44,531 nt of DNA, from positions 1-44,531 of the forward strand of contig JBDHHQ010000039.1 of assembly GCA_039589315.1 (NCBI GenBank), read 5' to 3'. The notes under the pieces were generated by a model. The model saw nothing but the letters and a program-made list of their open reading frames with translations. It ran no database searches and was not told the DNA's origin. Each line of letters starts with the position of its first letter. Position 1 is the first letter of the stretch. Source of the DNA: Gemmatimonadota bacterium (GTDB lineage Bacteria > Gemmatimonadota > Gemmatimonadetes > Longimicrobiales > Gaopeijiaceae). Below are positions 9,414 through 19,575 of this stretch, one piece after another. Made by a program: the position numbers and the translations under genes.

Positions 9414-12062
9414 CTAGTTGGGTACCCGCTCCTTCAGTTCCTCGAAGAAATTCTGGACCAGGATGAGCTCGATCTGGCTCCCTTCGTCGTCACCCCCGAA
9501 CTGAACCGGCCGCGCCATCAGGAATCGCTGATCGTCCGGGGAGACGTCGTACCACCCACGGACGATCACCGGGGCGAGTCCCGCCGGGAATCTGAAGAGC
9601 GATTGTTGGCTGACCACGCGAAAGCTCGGTGACGTCTCGATCTGCGCCGCCACCAGTCCGTCCAGGGTGGCGAAGAACAATTCGTTGCCACTGTGGGCCC
9701 AGAGGGGAGCGAATCCCGGCCCGTTGGAAACCTGCCAGCGGCCCGCGTCGACGTCAGGGAAGGGCCGCACGTACACCTGAGGCCCACCGGTCTCGTTGGA
9801 CACGTAGGCGATCCAGCGGCCGTCGGGTGAGATCGCAGGCGCATTCTCGTTGAAGTCCGGAGAGGCCGCGACCTCGATCGCAACGGTATCCCCGACTCTT
9901 TGGGCGAGGATGTCACGCGAGGGTGACCCCGAGGTTCGGAAGATCAACCACTCTCCGTCCGGGGACAGGGTCTGGCTGATCGGGTTGCGATCCAACGCCG
10001 TCAGGAGTGTCGGCTCACCGGTGCCGTCCGCACGCTTTGTCCACACGTCGGCACCCGAGCCATTACGATCCGAAAGGAACAGCACCGACTCACCGTCCGC
10101 CGACCACTCGGGTGCCCTGTCCGGCACCGCGTCGAAGGTGAGACGCGACACGGGCCCCCGGTCGAGTTGTTTGATCCAGATGTCTCCACCCGACTCTCGG
10201 TTGTCCTGGAAGGCGACCCTGGTCCCGTCGGGTGACAGCCTCCAGGAAGGGTTGTCCCCTCCTGGGTTGAACGTGAAGTCAGGATCAACCGGAGCGACCT
10301 GCCCGGATCGTGTGACCCAGATCATCTCGCTGTCCGCCGTACCCGCTGCGGCCGACCAGTAGAGCAGCGTGCCGTTCTCGGAGAGCGTGTACATCACGTC
10401 CTCGTTGGCGGTAACGCCGACGCCTTGCACGAGCGGGACGGCATCCCCGGTCAGCTCCACCGCATCGATGTCGAACGGTGCGGCGAGGATCTGCCCCTCG
10501 AGCGTAGCGAAGACGAGGTGGCCCGTGGAGGTGACATACCCCCGCAGGCCCGCGGTAACCGTCTTCCTCTCCCCCGTCGAGATCCGGAAAGCGTCAATAC
10601 GCGGCGGAGTGGTGAAAACCGAGAACACGCCCCAATCACCGTCCGGAAGGATCTGGAAGTAGCCGTGTTCATTGTCGTTTTCGGGTAGGAGGGTCGTGAT
10701 CTCTTCGATCTCACCTCCCCCCAGGGGCACCCGACGAATCGTGAAGGTGCCGCTCGAGAAATAGATGTAACCATCGCTGCCCCACCGGGCACAGCAGCCC
10801 GCATCGTCGGCGAGCGTACGGACGATGCCGCCGCCGAGCGGCGAAACCTTGAGTTGTGCGCTCTCCATGAACGCGACTTCCGTGCCGTCGGGAGAGATCA
10901 CCGGATCGACAGCGGTGCCTTCCGCCCCTTGAACCGGCACGGTGGTGAGCTCCGTCCAACGCCGCAGCCAGAGCCGAGGCTGGTTCCTTTCGTCGAAATA
11001 GGTCATGACCATGGCCGAACCATCTGCCGAGAGACTCAGCCACTCGCTTGGAAACTGCGCATCGTTGACCGCGAGCGAAAAGCGGTGGACCGGGGCCGGG
11101 GGTTCTGGGCGGGTGAGGGACCAGCCCGCGATGAGTGCGAACACCGCGGCGAGCGCCCCCAGGGCCACGGCAAGGCGATTGCGCGCCGGAGCCGATCCGC
11201 TCGATCCCAGCTGGCCCCCGTGTCGAAAGCTCGGATCGTTGAGAGCCTGTCCGAACGCTTGCGCGCCGGTGAACCGATCTGCCGGTAGCTTCTCAAGCGC
11301 CTTACGAATGGCGGCGTCCACGTTCAGCGGAATCGAGCTTCGAATCCCTGTCGCCGAGACCGGCACACCCTGGATGATCTTCCCCAGGACGGCCTGCGCG
11401 GTGCTGCCGATATACGGAGGATCTCCCGTCAGCATCTCGTAGAGCAGTGCGGCCAGTGCATACGTGTCGCTGGCCGGGCCGACCTGCTGGTCGCCGGTCG
11501 CCTGCTCCGGGGACATGTAAAATGGTGTTCCTACCGAAAGGCCGGTCTCGGTGAGACGGCTACCGGCGGCGCCGACAGCAAGCGCGATTCCAAAATCCGC
11601 GACCACGGGCTGGCCGTCCTGCAGGAGGATGTTGGCCGGCTTGATATCGCGGTGAATCACGCCGCGGTCGTGCGCGTGCTGCAAGGCCGCCGCGACGGCG
11701 GTCGCGATACCTATCGCATCGTCGATCGGCAGCTGCTTCTCTCGATCGATCCGCTCGCGTAGCGTCTCGCCCTCGAGGTACGGCATCACGTAGAAGAGAA
11801 AGCCGTCCGCCTCCCCCGAATCGAAGAGGGGCAGGACGTGCGGGTGCTGGAGGTTGGCCGTCGTCTTGATCTCGGCCAGAAACCGTTCGGCACCCACGAC
11901 GGCGGCCAGCTCGGGCTTGAGGACCTTGAGCGCGACCTTCCTCTCGTGTTTGAGGTCGTCGGCCAAGTAGACGGTCGCCATCCCTCCCTCACCGAGCTCA
12001 CGCTCGATTTGGTATCGGTCACTCAGCGCCGCGTTGATACGCTCGATTGCGGTTGTGCTCAT
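9414..12062 (-). CDS. Ser/Thr protein kinase with TM helix and C-terminal PD40/TolB-like beta-propeller
   Basis: GEGGMATV, VALK, HRDIKPAN, DFG, YMSPEQ; repeated SPDG motifs. Confidence 0.95.
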   Translation of the reverse strand: MSTTAIERINAALSDRYQIERELGEGGMATVYLADDLKHERKVALKVLKPELAAVVGAERFLAEIKTTANLQHPHVLPLFDSGEADGFLFYVMPYLEGETLRERIDREKQLPIDDAIGIATAVAAALQHAHDRGVIHRDIKPANILLQDGQPVVADFGIALAVGAAGSRLTETGLSVGTPFYMSPEQATGDQQVGPASDTYALAALLYEMLTGDPPYIGSTAQAVLGKIIQGVPVSATGIRSSIPLNVDAAIRKALEKLPADRFTGAQAFGQALNDPSFRHGGQLGSSGSAPARNRLAVALGALAAVFALIAGWSLTRPEPPAPVHRFSLAVNDAQFPSEWLSLSADGSAMVMTYFDERNQPRLWLRRWTELTTVPVQGAEGTAVDPVISPDGTEVAFMESAQLKVSPLGGGIVRTLADDAGCCARWGSDGYIYFSSGTFTIRRVPLGGGEIEEITTLLPENDNEHGYFQILPDGDWGVFSVFTTPPRIDAFRISTGERKTVTAGLRGYVTSTGHLVFATLEGQILAAPFDIDAVELTGDAVPLVQGVGVTANEDVMYTLSENGTLLYWSAAAGTADSEMIWVTRSGQVAPVDPDFTFNPGGDNPSWRLSPDGTRVAFQDNRESGGDIWIKQLDRGPVSRLTFDAVPDRAPEWSADGESVLFLSDRNGSGADVWTKRADGTGEPTLLTALDRNPISQTLSPDGEWLIFRTSGSPSRDILAQRVGDTVAIEVAASPDFNENAPAISPDGRWIAYVSNETGGPQVYVRPFPDVDAGRWQVSNGPGFAPLWAHSGNELFFATLDGLVAAQIETSPSFRVVSQQSLFRFPAGLAPVIVRGWYDVSPDDQRFLMARPVQFGGDDEGSQIELILVQNFFEELKERVPN

Positions 12063-12281
12063 CGGGAGTGGTCAGCTCCTTGGGAGGGGGCGGGTGTTGG
12101 GATCGGCCCCGAAGATACACTGGACTCGCTGAGGATCCCAGGTCTTACAGGAAGGACACTCCCGACTGTTCCAGTCGCCGCAAGTCCGACACGCTTCGGC
12201 GGCCGCCAGGAGCCCCCTCTTGAGATCGGGCTGGTCTCACTCGCGTCGCGATTGACAACTGCCTGCGGGTTCCAGGGCATC

Positions 12282-12703
12282 TCATGGACGCTGCTGTCGT
12301 AGTTCAAGCACCAGCGTGAAGCTCGTCGTGCGGTCGCGCCCCGACTGCGTGGTCCGGCCGGTGAACGCAGTGACGTGATTGCGCTGGAACGTCTCCGGGA
12401 TACTGAACCCGCCGGAGGCCTGCCAGCGGTCGGCTCGCTCTCGGACATCAGGCTCCGGCTTCGCCAAAGCGGTCATCTCAGCTCGTCTACGGAGCGTCTC
12501 CTCGGCCTTCGTCTTGAAGTCGACGTTGCTCTGTGCAGCCTCACCCGCTTCGATCACCGTGACGTAGATGAGAATCGGATAGCCGACATCGACCTTGCGG
12601 CGGCGGGCAACGGAAGCGGCGGTCCACCCCTCCGGGAGGACGATCTCGATGGTCTCCCTCCCCGGGCCGTTAGGCACCCCGATGTCATCCTTCTATCCCA
12701 CAT
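12282..12703 (-). pseudogene. frameshifted hypothetical gene, paralog of 39847..40214
   Basis: GGAGG RBS + ATG TGG GAT AGA as in the paralog, but 2 extra nt put IGVPNGPG...AEETLR out of frame with that start; C-terminus diverges after AEETLR. Confidence 0.55.
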
Positions 12704-12795
12704 TGTCACGACCTCCACAACATGAAATGCAACCGACGACCGGCCTCGCGTCGTATTCGGTCTTCATAATGATTTCACTGCTGCCGCGTAGTTGG

Positions 12796-13395
12796 TCAGG
12801 ACCCACTCCGGCCCCGATAGTAGGATGACTCCGAAATCACGGTCAGCTCCCACTTCTTCAGCTCCAGGCGAAGGCCGAGGTCGTAGTCCTTGGATTCCTT
12901 GTCGACCGTGATGGGGTGTTCATCGCCGAGGGTCACGCTCAGAAAGGGCTGGGAATTGATGTCCGAGACGATCTCTTCCAGAAGCGATTTGACTGACTCG
13001 GCCGCTTTGATGACCTTCAGGCGCCCATCGGCTCCCACCTCGATATCCCCGGAACGGCTGTAGTCTCTCCGCTGCATCACGGATATCCAGTAAGGCCGGG
13101 TCCTTTGATATTTGACCGCCATGCTGGAAAAACTGTCTCCGGTTGAATCAGCTTCGGGCGCACCCCCGCTGAAGTACCGTTCGGCCGTTGTTAGCACGCC
13201 TGAAAGCCTCGCGTCGCAAAACAGCTTGTTGTCATGCGGGCGCTCGTGTTCCCGGGTATCGCTGTAGAACTTGCAGAATACCCGACGGGATTCCTTTTCC
13301 CACCGGAACAGGACGTCCTCGAACAGATATTCGATGTAAAGGTCACCCGCTCGAAAAGCTGAAGTCGGTATTCCCACGATTTGACCCGTCGCCAA
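12796..13395 (-). CDS. hypothetical protein (immunity-protein-like N-terminal half)
   Basis: 199-aa ORF with natural composition in a visibly less GC-rich stretch; TTG start uncertain. Confidence 0.6.
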   Translation of the reverse strand: MATGQIVGIPTSAFRAGDLYIEYLFEDVLFRWEKESRRVFCKFYSDTREHERPHDNKLFCDARLSGVLTTAERYFSGGAPEADSTGDSFSSMAVKYQRTRPYWISVMQRRDYSRSGDIEVGADGRLKVIKAAESVKSLLEEIVSDINSQPFLSVTLGDEHPITVDKESKDYDLGLRLELKKWELTVISESSYYRGRSGS

Positions 13396-13539
13396 AGTAG
13401 TTCAGGTAGACTGTCGCCCAACCCAGCCCAGCTCACCCTCGATCTCCTAGCGGCCTTCGGCAGCCGCGGTTAGCCGGGCCGCAGGATCAGACATGTGGAT
13501 GAAGATCCAACCCGACAATCCAGGTGGCTCTTCGAGCCC

Positions 13540-13851
13540 TCAATTGTTCGAGGGCGCGAGCTTCACGTCACACGCCCCGATCAGCGAGAGCACCTGATCC
13601 CTCACCTGGCGGGCCGCGCGCTCCCAGTCGGCGCGGAGGGCGTCGTCGTCGAACTTGATCTCGAAGAGGTAACCGGGATCCTCGATGAACACCTTGGCGA
13701 TGACGCCGGGGAACACCCCGGCGCTGATGTAGTCGCCCCAGAAGAAGCTGTCCCGCTCGATCCACTCGAACTCGGTTTGGGCCCGAAGCTCCTTCAGAAT
13801 CTGTGAAAGCTGGAGGTCGCAGTTGAAGGCGTGCGCCACGACGAAACTCAT
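13540..13851 (-). CDS. 103-aa hypothetical protein, paralog of 18875..19186
   Basis: Ungapped alignment with the paralog (AHAFNCDL, WIERDSF.WGDYISAG, PGYLFE.KF, APSNN); GGAGG RBS. Confidence 0.8.
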   Translation of the reverse strand: MSFVVAHAFNCDLQLSQILKELRAQTEFEWIERDSFFWGDYISAGVFPGVIAKVFIEDPGYLFEIKFDDDALRADWERAARQVRDQVLSLIGACDVKLAPSNN

Positions 13852-14049
13852 TCCGGACCTCCCGGTGGAGAACGTGTCACCCGTAGCAAGAGTAGCGTCC
13901 AGAACGCCGGAGGCCCAACCGCTGGGGGGCAGCGTCGCCCCAGCCGCGACGTGAGGTGCGCGCTTTCGACTTCTCACCTACGTTTCTCCGGTTCCGAACA
14001 TCGGACCCCACCCGCAGTCGGCGATCGTTGGTCGCGGAAACCTGGGCCG

Positions 14050-14365
14050 GTGGCCCCCTCAGGCACACCACGCTTCGCGCTGCTGATCTCGATCGGCGCA
14101 CGTGCCGTGCCCGATGCACCACCGTCAACCGGGACCACCTGGCAATCTCGACCGCACCGTTCCTCCAACCGAAGCACCAGTGGACCACCCGTGACCGAGC
14201 TGGACGCCAGCAACGCCGAGGCTCCGCCCGCGTTCTTGATCGATGCGCCGGGAGCGGCGCCAAACGTCGTAGGCATATTGATCGACGACATCGGAATCGG
14301 CGCAGCCTCCATGGTTGGAGGGGGGATCCAGACGCCGACGCTGGACCGGCTGGCCCAAGGAGGAC
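14050..14365 (+). pseudogene. degenerate N-terminal fragment of an arylsulfatase
   Basis: LDRTV.P...VTELDASNAEAPPAF..APGAAPNVVGILIDDIGIGAASMVGGGIQTPTLDRLAQGG; frameshifted and ends before the CxPxR motif. Confidence 0.75.
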
Positions 14366-14399
14366 AGGGTCAGCCGCAGGGCGACAACCTTCACCGCTT

Positions 14400-14590
14400 G
14401 TGGCATCCACCGGCTCGAACAGGTCGCTCGTGCGCCTGATGACGGCAGCGGGATCCACGGCGCGCAAGTCGCCGGTTCCATCGAGCGCAGTAGCCATCAG
14501 TTCGGTCACGCCTTTGCCGAGATACGCGAGTTCCGTTGTTCCTGTGCCGCGCGACAAAGGTGCCGACCACGTGGCGACGAGAACACCGTC
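14400..14590 (-). pseudogene. fragment of a TolB-N-like domain of the type found in kinase/TPR proteins
   Basis: ELAYLGKGVTELMATALDGTGDLRAVDP, with no flanking domains. Confidence 0.5.
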
Positions 14591-14898
14591 GGTGTGAACG
14601 GAGCAAGCGATCAAGGGGTTCGTCAATCGGAGGGGCCAGCGGTTCCCTCGGTCAACTCCGGCAGATCACGGCATGATGGGGTGTGAAGGGCCGCTCAGAC
14701 CGCTTGACTCTCGCTTGACTCCGGCATCTTACCGTTGTGGCAGGTTCCGTCGAGTGCGATTCGTAGAAGGCCATCCGACCCACAGGGCGTCGATGGCTCA
14801 CACGTCGTCACGGCTGAGGGAACGCAGACCTCAACTGGGTGCGGTCGGGAGACTTCCAACGCGAGCCGCTACGCGGCTCTTTGCCAAAGCGAGCCTTG

Positions 14899-15753
14899 AT
14901 GGACGCGAGCACCGGAAAGCGTACCAAGCAACTCTTGATCGCCGTTGTGGCTTTCTTGTTGGGCTTTCCCGTCTTCGTCATCCTGCACGGTGTCTTCGAT
15001 GCGATGGCCCAGCTCGCCAGTGGCCTGGCGTTGGTGAGTGGCGCGCTCGGCGTCCTGTCGGTGATCTGCTTCTACGCAGCCCTGTTCGTATGCCCGGCAG
15101 GCTTCGCGAGCTGCCTCGTTGCAGCGTTGATCGTGAGGCTCACCGATGGGCAACCGAAGTGGCTCAGCGGAATCCTCTTGGCCGTCGTTCCCGTACCGGC
15201 CTGTCTCGTAGCCGTGCTGCTGCTTCTTCAGGCTCTGTCGCTCAGCAAGACCGAAAGGGACGAGGCAGCTGGCTTCAATGGCAGCTTCGAGGTGGTGAGC
15301 TCGGGGCTCCCGGCCAACTGGGCCGTCTATCACCGACCGCTGCGGGACGGCCAAGCGGAGTTCTTCGTAGACACTACCGAAGCGGTCCACGGCGACCGAG
15401 CGGTCAAGTTCCAGCTCCACAAGGCCTTCCCAGGCCATGGATGGAGCAGCCCTGGCCTGTTCCAGCTCACTGACGCCGACCCTGGGCAAACGTACGATGT
15501 GAGTCTCTGGGTCAAGAATCGGGGGAGCGCGGTCCGGCTCAGGATCACCAGCGAATTCCCTGATGAGGAGCCGAAGACACCGATAATCGACACCATCGGT
15601 ATCGATCGTACGGGCGAAGACGAGTGGCGCCAGTTCAGCTACATATACACGGTGCCGCCTCCCCACCATGACATCCGCCTCGACCTGCACGCCATGGAGC
15701 CGGGCATGGTGTGGATCGACGACGTCCGAGTGGTGCCGGCACGCGACCGCTGA
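14899..15753 (+). CDS. membrane protein with C-terminal carbohydrate-binding (CBM4/9-like) domain
   Basis: Three TM segments, then FNGSFE...LPANW...PGQTYDVSLWVK...WRQFSY...VWIDDVRV. Confidence 0.75.
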   Translation: MDASTGKRTKQLLIAVVAFLLGFPVFVILHGVFDAMAQLASGLALVSGALGVLSVICFYAALFVCPAGFASCLVAALIVRLTDGQPKWLSGILLAVVPVPACLVAVLLLLQALSLSKTERDEAAGFNGSFEVVSSGLPANWAVYHRPLRDGQAEFFVDTTEAVHGDRAVKFQLHKAFPGHGWSSPGLFQLTDADPGQTYDVSLWVKNRGSAVRLRITSEFPDEEPKTPIIDTIGIDRTGEDEWRQFSYIYTVPPPHHDIRLDLHAMEPGMVWIDDVRVVPARDR

Positions 15754-16094
15754 CTGCGCGCCTTACGCTTGGTCAAGCCGGCCCCATGTAAAGGTCTTCC
15801 CCGAAGTCGTGTAGTTCCGTGCGGTAACTTGGGTCGAACTCAACGGCCTGAGCCGTGCCTCCAAGACGTCAGCGGCCTCCCGGGCCCCCTCGGGAGCGTC
15901 TCGTAGTTGGTCCAGGTGAGCGCCTCTCGACGGGATCACCCACGCCTCTTTAGCGTGAGGTCAAGAATGCCGCGGTGATTGGGCTCGGATGGTCAGCCTT
16001 CCCGAATTGTCGTAGTTCTTGATTTCACCAAAGGCGTAGCAGCATCTTCGATTACGGTTGCAACGCTACAGCTGCTCCCCCGCCTCCAGAAGCC

Positions 16095-18617
16095 GTGAAC
16101 CGCCGGAAGCAGATCGTTCACTGGGTCCGCCACTGCTCACCCTGGCTGGGTTTGGTGATCAACATCATCCTGACCCCGGCTTGCTTCAGCACCGATTCGC
16201 GCCCCCCAATCCTCTCCACCGACAAGCTGCTCCACCTTGAGGAGCATCTCGCCGCGGCCGTTGTGTCGGGCTCGATAGTGCCAGAGGATCGACTCCGACC
16301 CTTGAGCTGGCAATTCGCCGAGCCCACTCCGCCGGTGACGATTCGGCCTTGGCCAGGACGTCGGGCTGCGAGAGCTGAACAGGTAGGTGGGGCTCTGAGG
16401 ATTTCTCTTGACGAGGGAACCGTCGGCCCGAGTGGCGACGGTCCCTTCTGGAGCCCTCTACCTGCGCGACGGGCTCTCGTCGTTGTTGACCTTCCGAGCT
16501 TGGTCCGTAAGGATTGGGCCGACATCAGAATCCGAGCGCGCAGCTCCCATGCCGGAACCATGTCGATCGCCTACAACCTCGTTGACCACGATCCGGAGAC
16601 GGGCGCGCTCGTTCAGCACGGAGGAGAAGCAGCAGCTCTTTTAGCGGACAACCAGGTCCACACCTACACGTTTCCCGTCCGCACCACAGGTCGTGGCCGT
16701 TGGCCCTTCAACTGGAGCGAGTGGGCGTTTCCCTGGCAGCAGCTAGTGATCGGCCTCTGGGCTGAGGACTCGCTGACCGTCGACATGCTCTCCGTAACTT
16801 TGATCCCGGAGGCCGAGACGTTCAGTTTCGAAAAGGCCGGAGTTACGACTGCGCGCAAGACTGACGGCATCCGACGTTCGATTTTCACGCACGCGCCATC
16901 CCAACTCCACTGGCGCGTGCGGGTTCGACAGGGCGCACGTCTCGACATCGGTCTGGGCACCTTTCAGGACGAGGACTCCGTCACGTTTTCCGTTCTAGTA
17001 GGACGGAAGGGTCGCGAGAGCCAGGTGATGCTCGAAGAAGGCGTGGCTGGCCCGGAGTGGATACAGCGATCCGTCGACCTCTCCGCACTCTCAGGTCAAG
17101 TCATCGATCTCACCCTAAGGACTGAGGCATCCGCTCCAGGAGCCGTGGGTCTTTGGGGCGCACCAATCCTGAGTGGCCCGGAGATCGGGAACAGGCTCGC
17201 ACGGAATCGCCCGGACCCCAACGTGATCTTCTATGTCATCGACGGGGCGGGAGCGGACTGGATGAGCGTTTTCGGATACAATCGCCGAACGACACCGTTT
17301 CTGGAGGAACTGGCCGCAGAAGCAGTCATATTCGAACAGGCATATAGCAACGCGACTTGGACGAAAACTTCAACGCCCTCGTTCATGACGTCTTTGATGT
17401 ACAGCGCCATCAGCCCGTACCGCACCTTCGCGGACCAACTCCCCGAGGGCGCATCGACGATGGCTCGACATTTCGGCGAGGCGGCATACCAAACCGGCGT
17501 ATTCACATCGAATGCGTTCGCCCTGACGATGTCTGGGCTGGAGCATCGAGTGGACCAGGCGAAGCTCGAGGGAGTCGATGTTCAGGCCACTTCGTCAGAG
17601 GTGTTGCACGATTCCTTCTTCGAGTGGCGGAACGCCTACCCAGGTCAGCCATATTGGGTGCATTTCCAAACGACCGACGTCCACGAGCCCTTCCGGCCAG
17701 AAGCTCCGTTCGCGGGACTCTTCATCGATCCTGAGCGAAGGGAACGCTATATCGAGAGCGACGATGCGCTGAGCGAGATGCCCGGTTGGTTTTTCGAGCC
17801 TGGGAACTACGAGGCTCTGGGCATAACTGTAGAGCAACACGCACTTGCCCAGCAGGCGCTGTATGACGAAGCGATGGCCCATCAGGATTATCACCTGCGC
17901 AGGTTCGTGAGTCGGCTCAAGGCATCTGGCACCTGGGACAACACTATCCTGGTCATCGCCTCGGATCATGGTTATCCCGCCGGGGGTCACCGCTTCATGC
18001 CAGGCATGGGTTTCGAGGCTCCGATCGTGCACCCGTACGCGACCCGCGTGCCCCTGTTGTTCGTTGCCCCCGGCCGGATTACTGGTGGCAAAAGAGTCAC
18101 GACACCGGTCTCGATGATCGATGTCATGCCTACGCTCTTGGACCTTGCCGGTCTCCCGGCACCCGACGTCCTCCAAGGCCGCTCGCTCGCTCCGCTCCTT
18201 CGAGGCGAGGTCACCGAGCTCGCCTCGCGGCCCGTGTTCATCGAGAAGATCGGGCGGGAGAGTGAGGGCGGTTCCTTGGTAGGCACGATCGGAGTGATCG
18301 ACGGCCGCTGGGCTGCCTCTCTGCTCTTGGCCGACCAGAGAGGGATTCCTGCCGAGGCCTTGCCTCAATACGGAGACGGCCTAAGCGATCACATCCAACG
18401 CACGGAGCAGCTTCTCCTGTGGGATCGATATTCGGACCCGTTGACGTCCGGATCTCTTCACGAGGAGCGGCCCGACCTGGCTGAGTTTTACCAGGACATG
18501 TTGAAGGAGCAGCTCGAGGCGAACGCTGCTATCGCTCAGATCGTCGGTGGTGGAGCCGATGTCGAACTGACGCCAAAGGAACTCGAGATCCTCAGGACCT
18601 TGGGCTACATCAACTAG
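16095..18617 (+). CDS. sulfatase-like hydrolase/transferase lipoprotein with N-terminal beta-sandwich domains
   Basis: PNVIFYVIDG, RRTTPFL, SNATWTKTS, DVHEPF, IASDHG, VSMIDVMPTLLDL, LRTLGYI. Confidence 0.85.
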   Translation: MNRRKQIVHWVRHCSPWLGLVINIILTPACFSTDSRPPILSTDKLLHLEEHLAAAVVSGSIVPEDRLRPLSWQFAEPTPPVTIRPWPGRRAARAEQVGGALRISLDEGTVGPSGDGPFWSPLPARRALVVVDLPSLVRKDWADIRIRARSSHAGTMSIAYNLVDHDPETGALVQHGGEAAALLADNQVHTYTFPVRTTGRGRWPFNWSEWAFPWQQLVIGLWAEDSLTVDMLSVTLIPEAETFSFEKAGVTTARKTDGIRRSIFTHAPSQLHWRVRVRQGARLDIGLGTFQDEDSVTFSVLVGRKGRESQVMLEEGVAGPEWIQRSVDLSALSGQVIDLTLRTEASAPGAVGLWGAPILSGPEIGNRLARNRPDPNVIFYVIDGAGADWMSVFGYNRRTTPFLEELAAEAVIFEQAYSNATWTKTSTPSFMTSLMYSAISPYRTFADQLPEGASTMARHFGEAAYQTGVFTSNAFALTMSGLEHRVDQAKLEGVDVQATSSEVLHDSFFEWRNAYPGQPYWVHFQTTDVHEPFRPEAPFAGLFIDPERRERYIESDDALSEMPGWFFEPGNYEALGITVEQHALAQQALYDEAMAHQDYHLRRFVSRLKASGTWDNTILVIASDHGYPAGGHRFMPGMGFEAPIVHPYATRVPLLFVAPGRITGGKRVTTPVSMIDVMPTLLDLAGLPAPDVLQGRSLAPLLRGEVTELASRPVFIEKIGRESEGGSLVGTIGVIDGRWAASLLLADQRGIPAEALPQYGDGLSDHIQRTEQLLLWDRYSDPLTSGSLHEERPDLAEFYQDMLKEQLEANAAIAQIVGGGADVELTPKELEILRTLGYIN

Positions 18618-18677
18618 CGACGCCAGACTCGCTCGAAGCGCGTTTCGGACCGGTGGCTCTAAGGATCACCACTGAAG

Positions 18678-18760
18678 GCGGCTTCCCGACCACACGCTTC
18701 CCGAGCCGATCCCCGAGCTCCAGTTCGACCTGTCCCTGCCTGAGTGACGCGCCACCCGGG
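18678..18760 (+). mobile_element. IS91/ISCR-like transposase extreme C-terminus remnant
   Basis: Encodes PEPIPELQFDLSLPE* (18700-18747), nearly identical at the nucleotide level to 30888-30935. Confidence 0.6.
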
Positions 18761-18874
18761 GGGGAAAGACAGAGCCTGCCTTGTGGTTCTCCTCCGATGC
18801 AAGACCACTCGTAGGCCGCGGATACGCATCGGGTCGGCACCGGCGGGCGAAGGGCGGAAGCCTGAATCCCCCCC

Positions 18875-19186
18875 TCAGTTGTTCGAGGGCGCCGGCCTCA
18901 CGTCGCGGGCACCGATGTGCGGCAGCACCTGATCCATCACCTCACGTACTGGGCCCTCCCAATCCCAACTCAGGCTGTTGTCGCTGAACTTGACCTCGAA
19001 CAGGTAGCCGGGCTCTTCGATGAAGATCTTGGCGATCACGCCTGGTGAGATCCCGGCGCTGATGTAGTCACCCCAGTAGAAGCTGTCCCGCTCGATCCAC
19101 CGGAAGCTCGTGCGGGCACGGAGCTCCTCGAGGATCTCGGATAGCTCCAGATCGCAGTTGAAGGCATGGGCCACGACGACGCTCAT
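18875..19186 (-). CDS. 103-aa hypothetical protein, paralog of 13540..13851
   Basis: Same length and motifs as the paralog. Confidence 0.8.
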   Translation of the reverse strand: MSVVVAHAFNCDLELSEILEELRARTSFRWIERDSFYWGDYISAGISPGVIAKIFIEEPGYLFEVKFSDNSLSWDWEGPVREVMDQVLPHIGARDVRPAPSNN

Positions 19187-19272
19187 GTGGACATCATCCG
19201 AGAAGAGCTCGACGTTGGTGTTCGCGCCGCCGACTCGCGGCGACGACGCCTGTTTCGACGAAAGAGAGGTGC

Positions 19273-19428
19273 ATGATGCCCGACATGAAGGTCAGAGTGG
19301 AGCACGGATACGGCGGCATGTGGTACGTCGGCTGGCTGTTCACGGTGGCGATCGCCCAGCTTTCGTTCGGCAAGGCGATTCTGGCGCTGCTCATCTGGCC
19401 GTGGTACCTGGGCGTGACCCTCCGCTGA
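19273..19428 (+). CDS. 51-aa small membrane protein (absent from the ORF track)
   Basis: GAGAGG RBS; MMPDMKVRVEHGYGGMWYVGWLFTVAIAQLSFGKAILALLIWPWYLGVTLR; strong third-position GC bias. Confidence 0.75.
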   Translation: MMPDMKVRVEHGYGGMWYVGWLFTVAIAQLSFGKAILALLIWPWYLGVTLR

Positions 19429-19575
19429 TCGGCTCACGGTCTTCGCCGCGGTGACCGAACCGCGCCTCCGCGGGCCGGACTCGGGAATCACGGTCTATCT
19501 CGGCGGCACGGTGGCCCATTCCGACAGGTCGTCCCGACTGAGTTCGGTTGTCGGCGCTCGAGCCGTCCGTGGGAC

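Noticed and set aside
13524..13540. GGCTCTTCGAGCCCT as a further oriIS-like motif
   Set aside because: Only partial similarity; equally explained as a small GGCTC/GAGCC hairpin after a stop codon.
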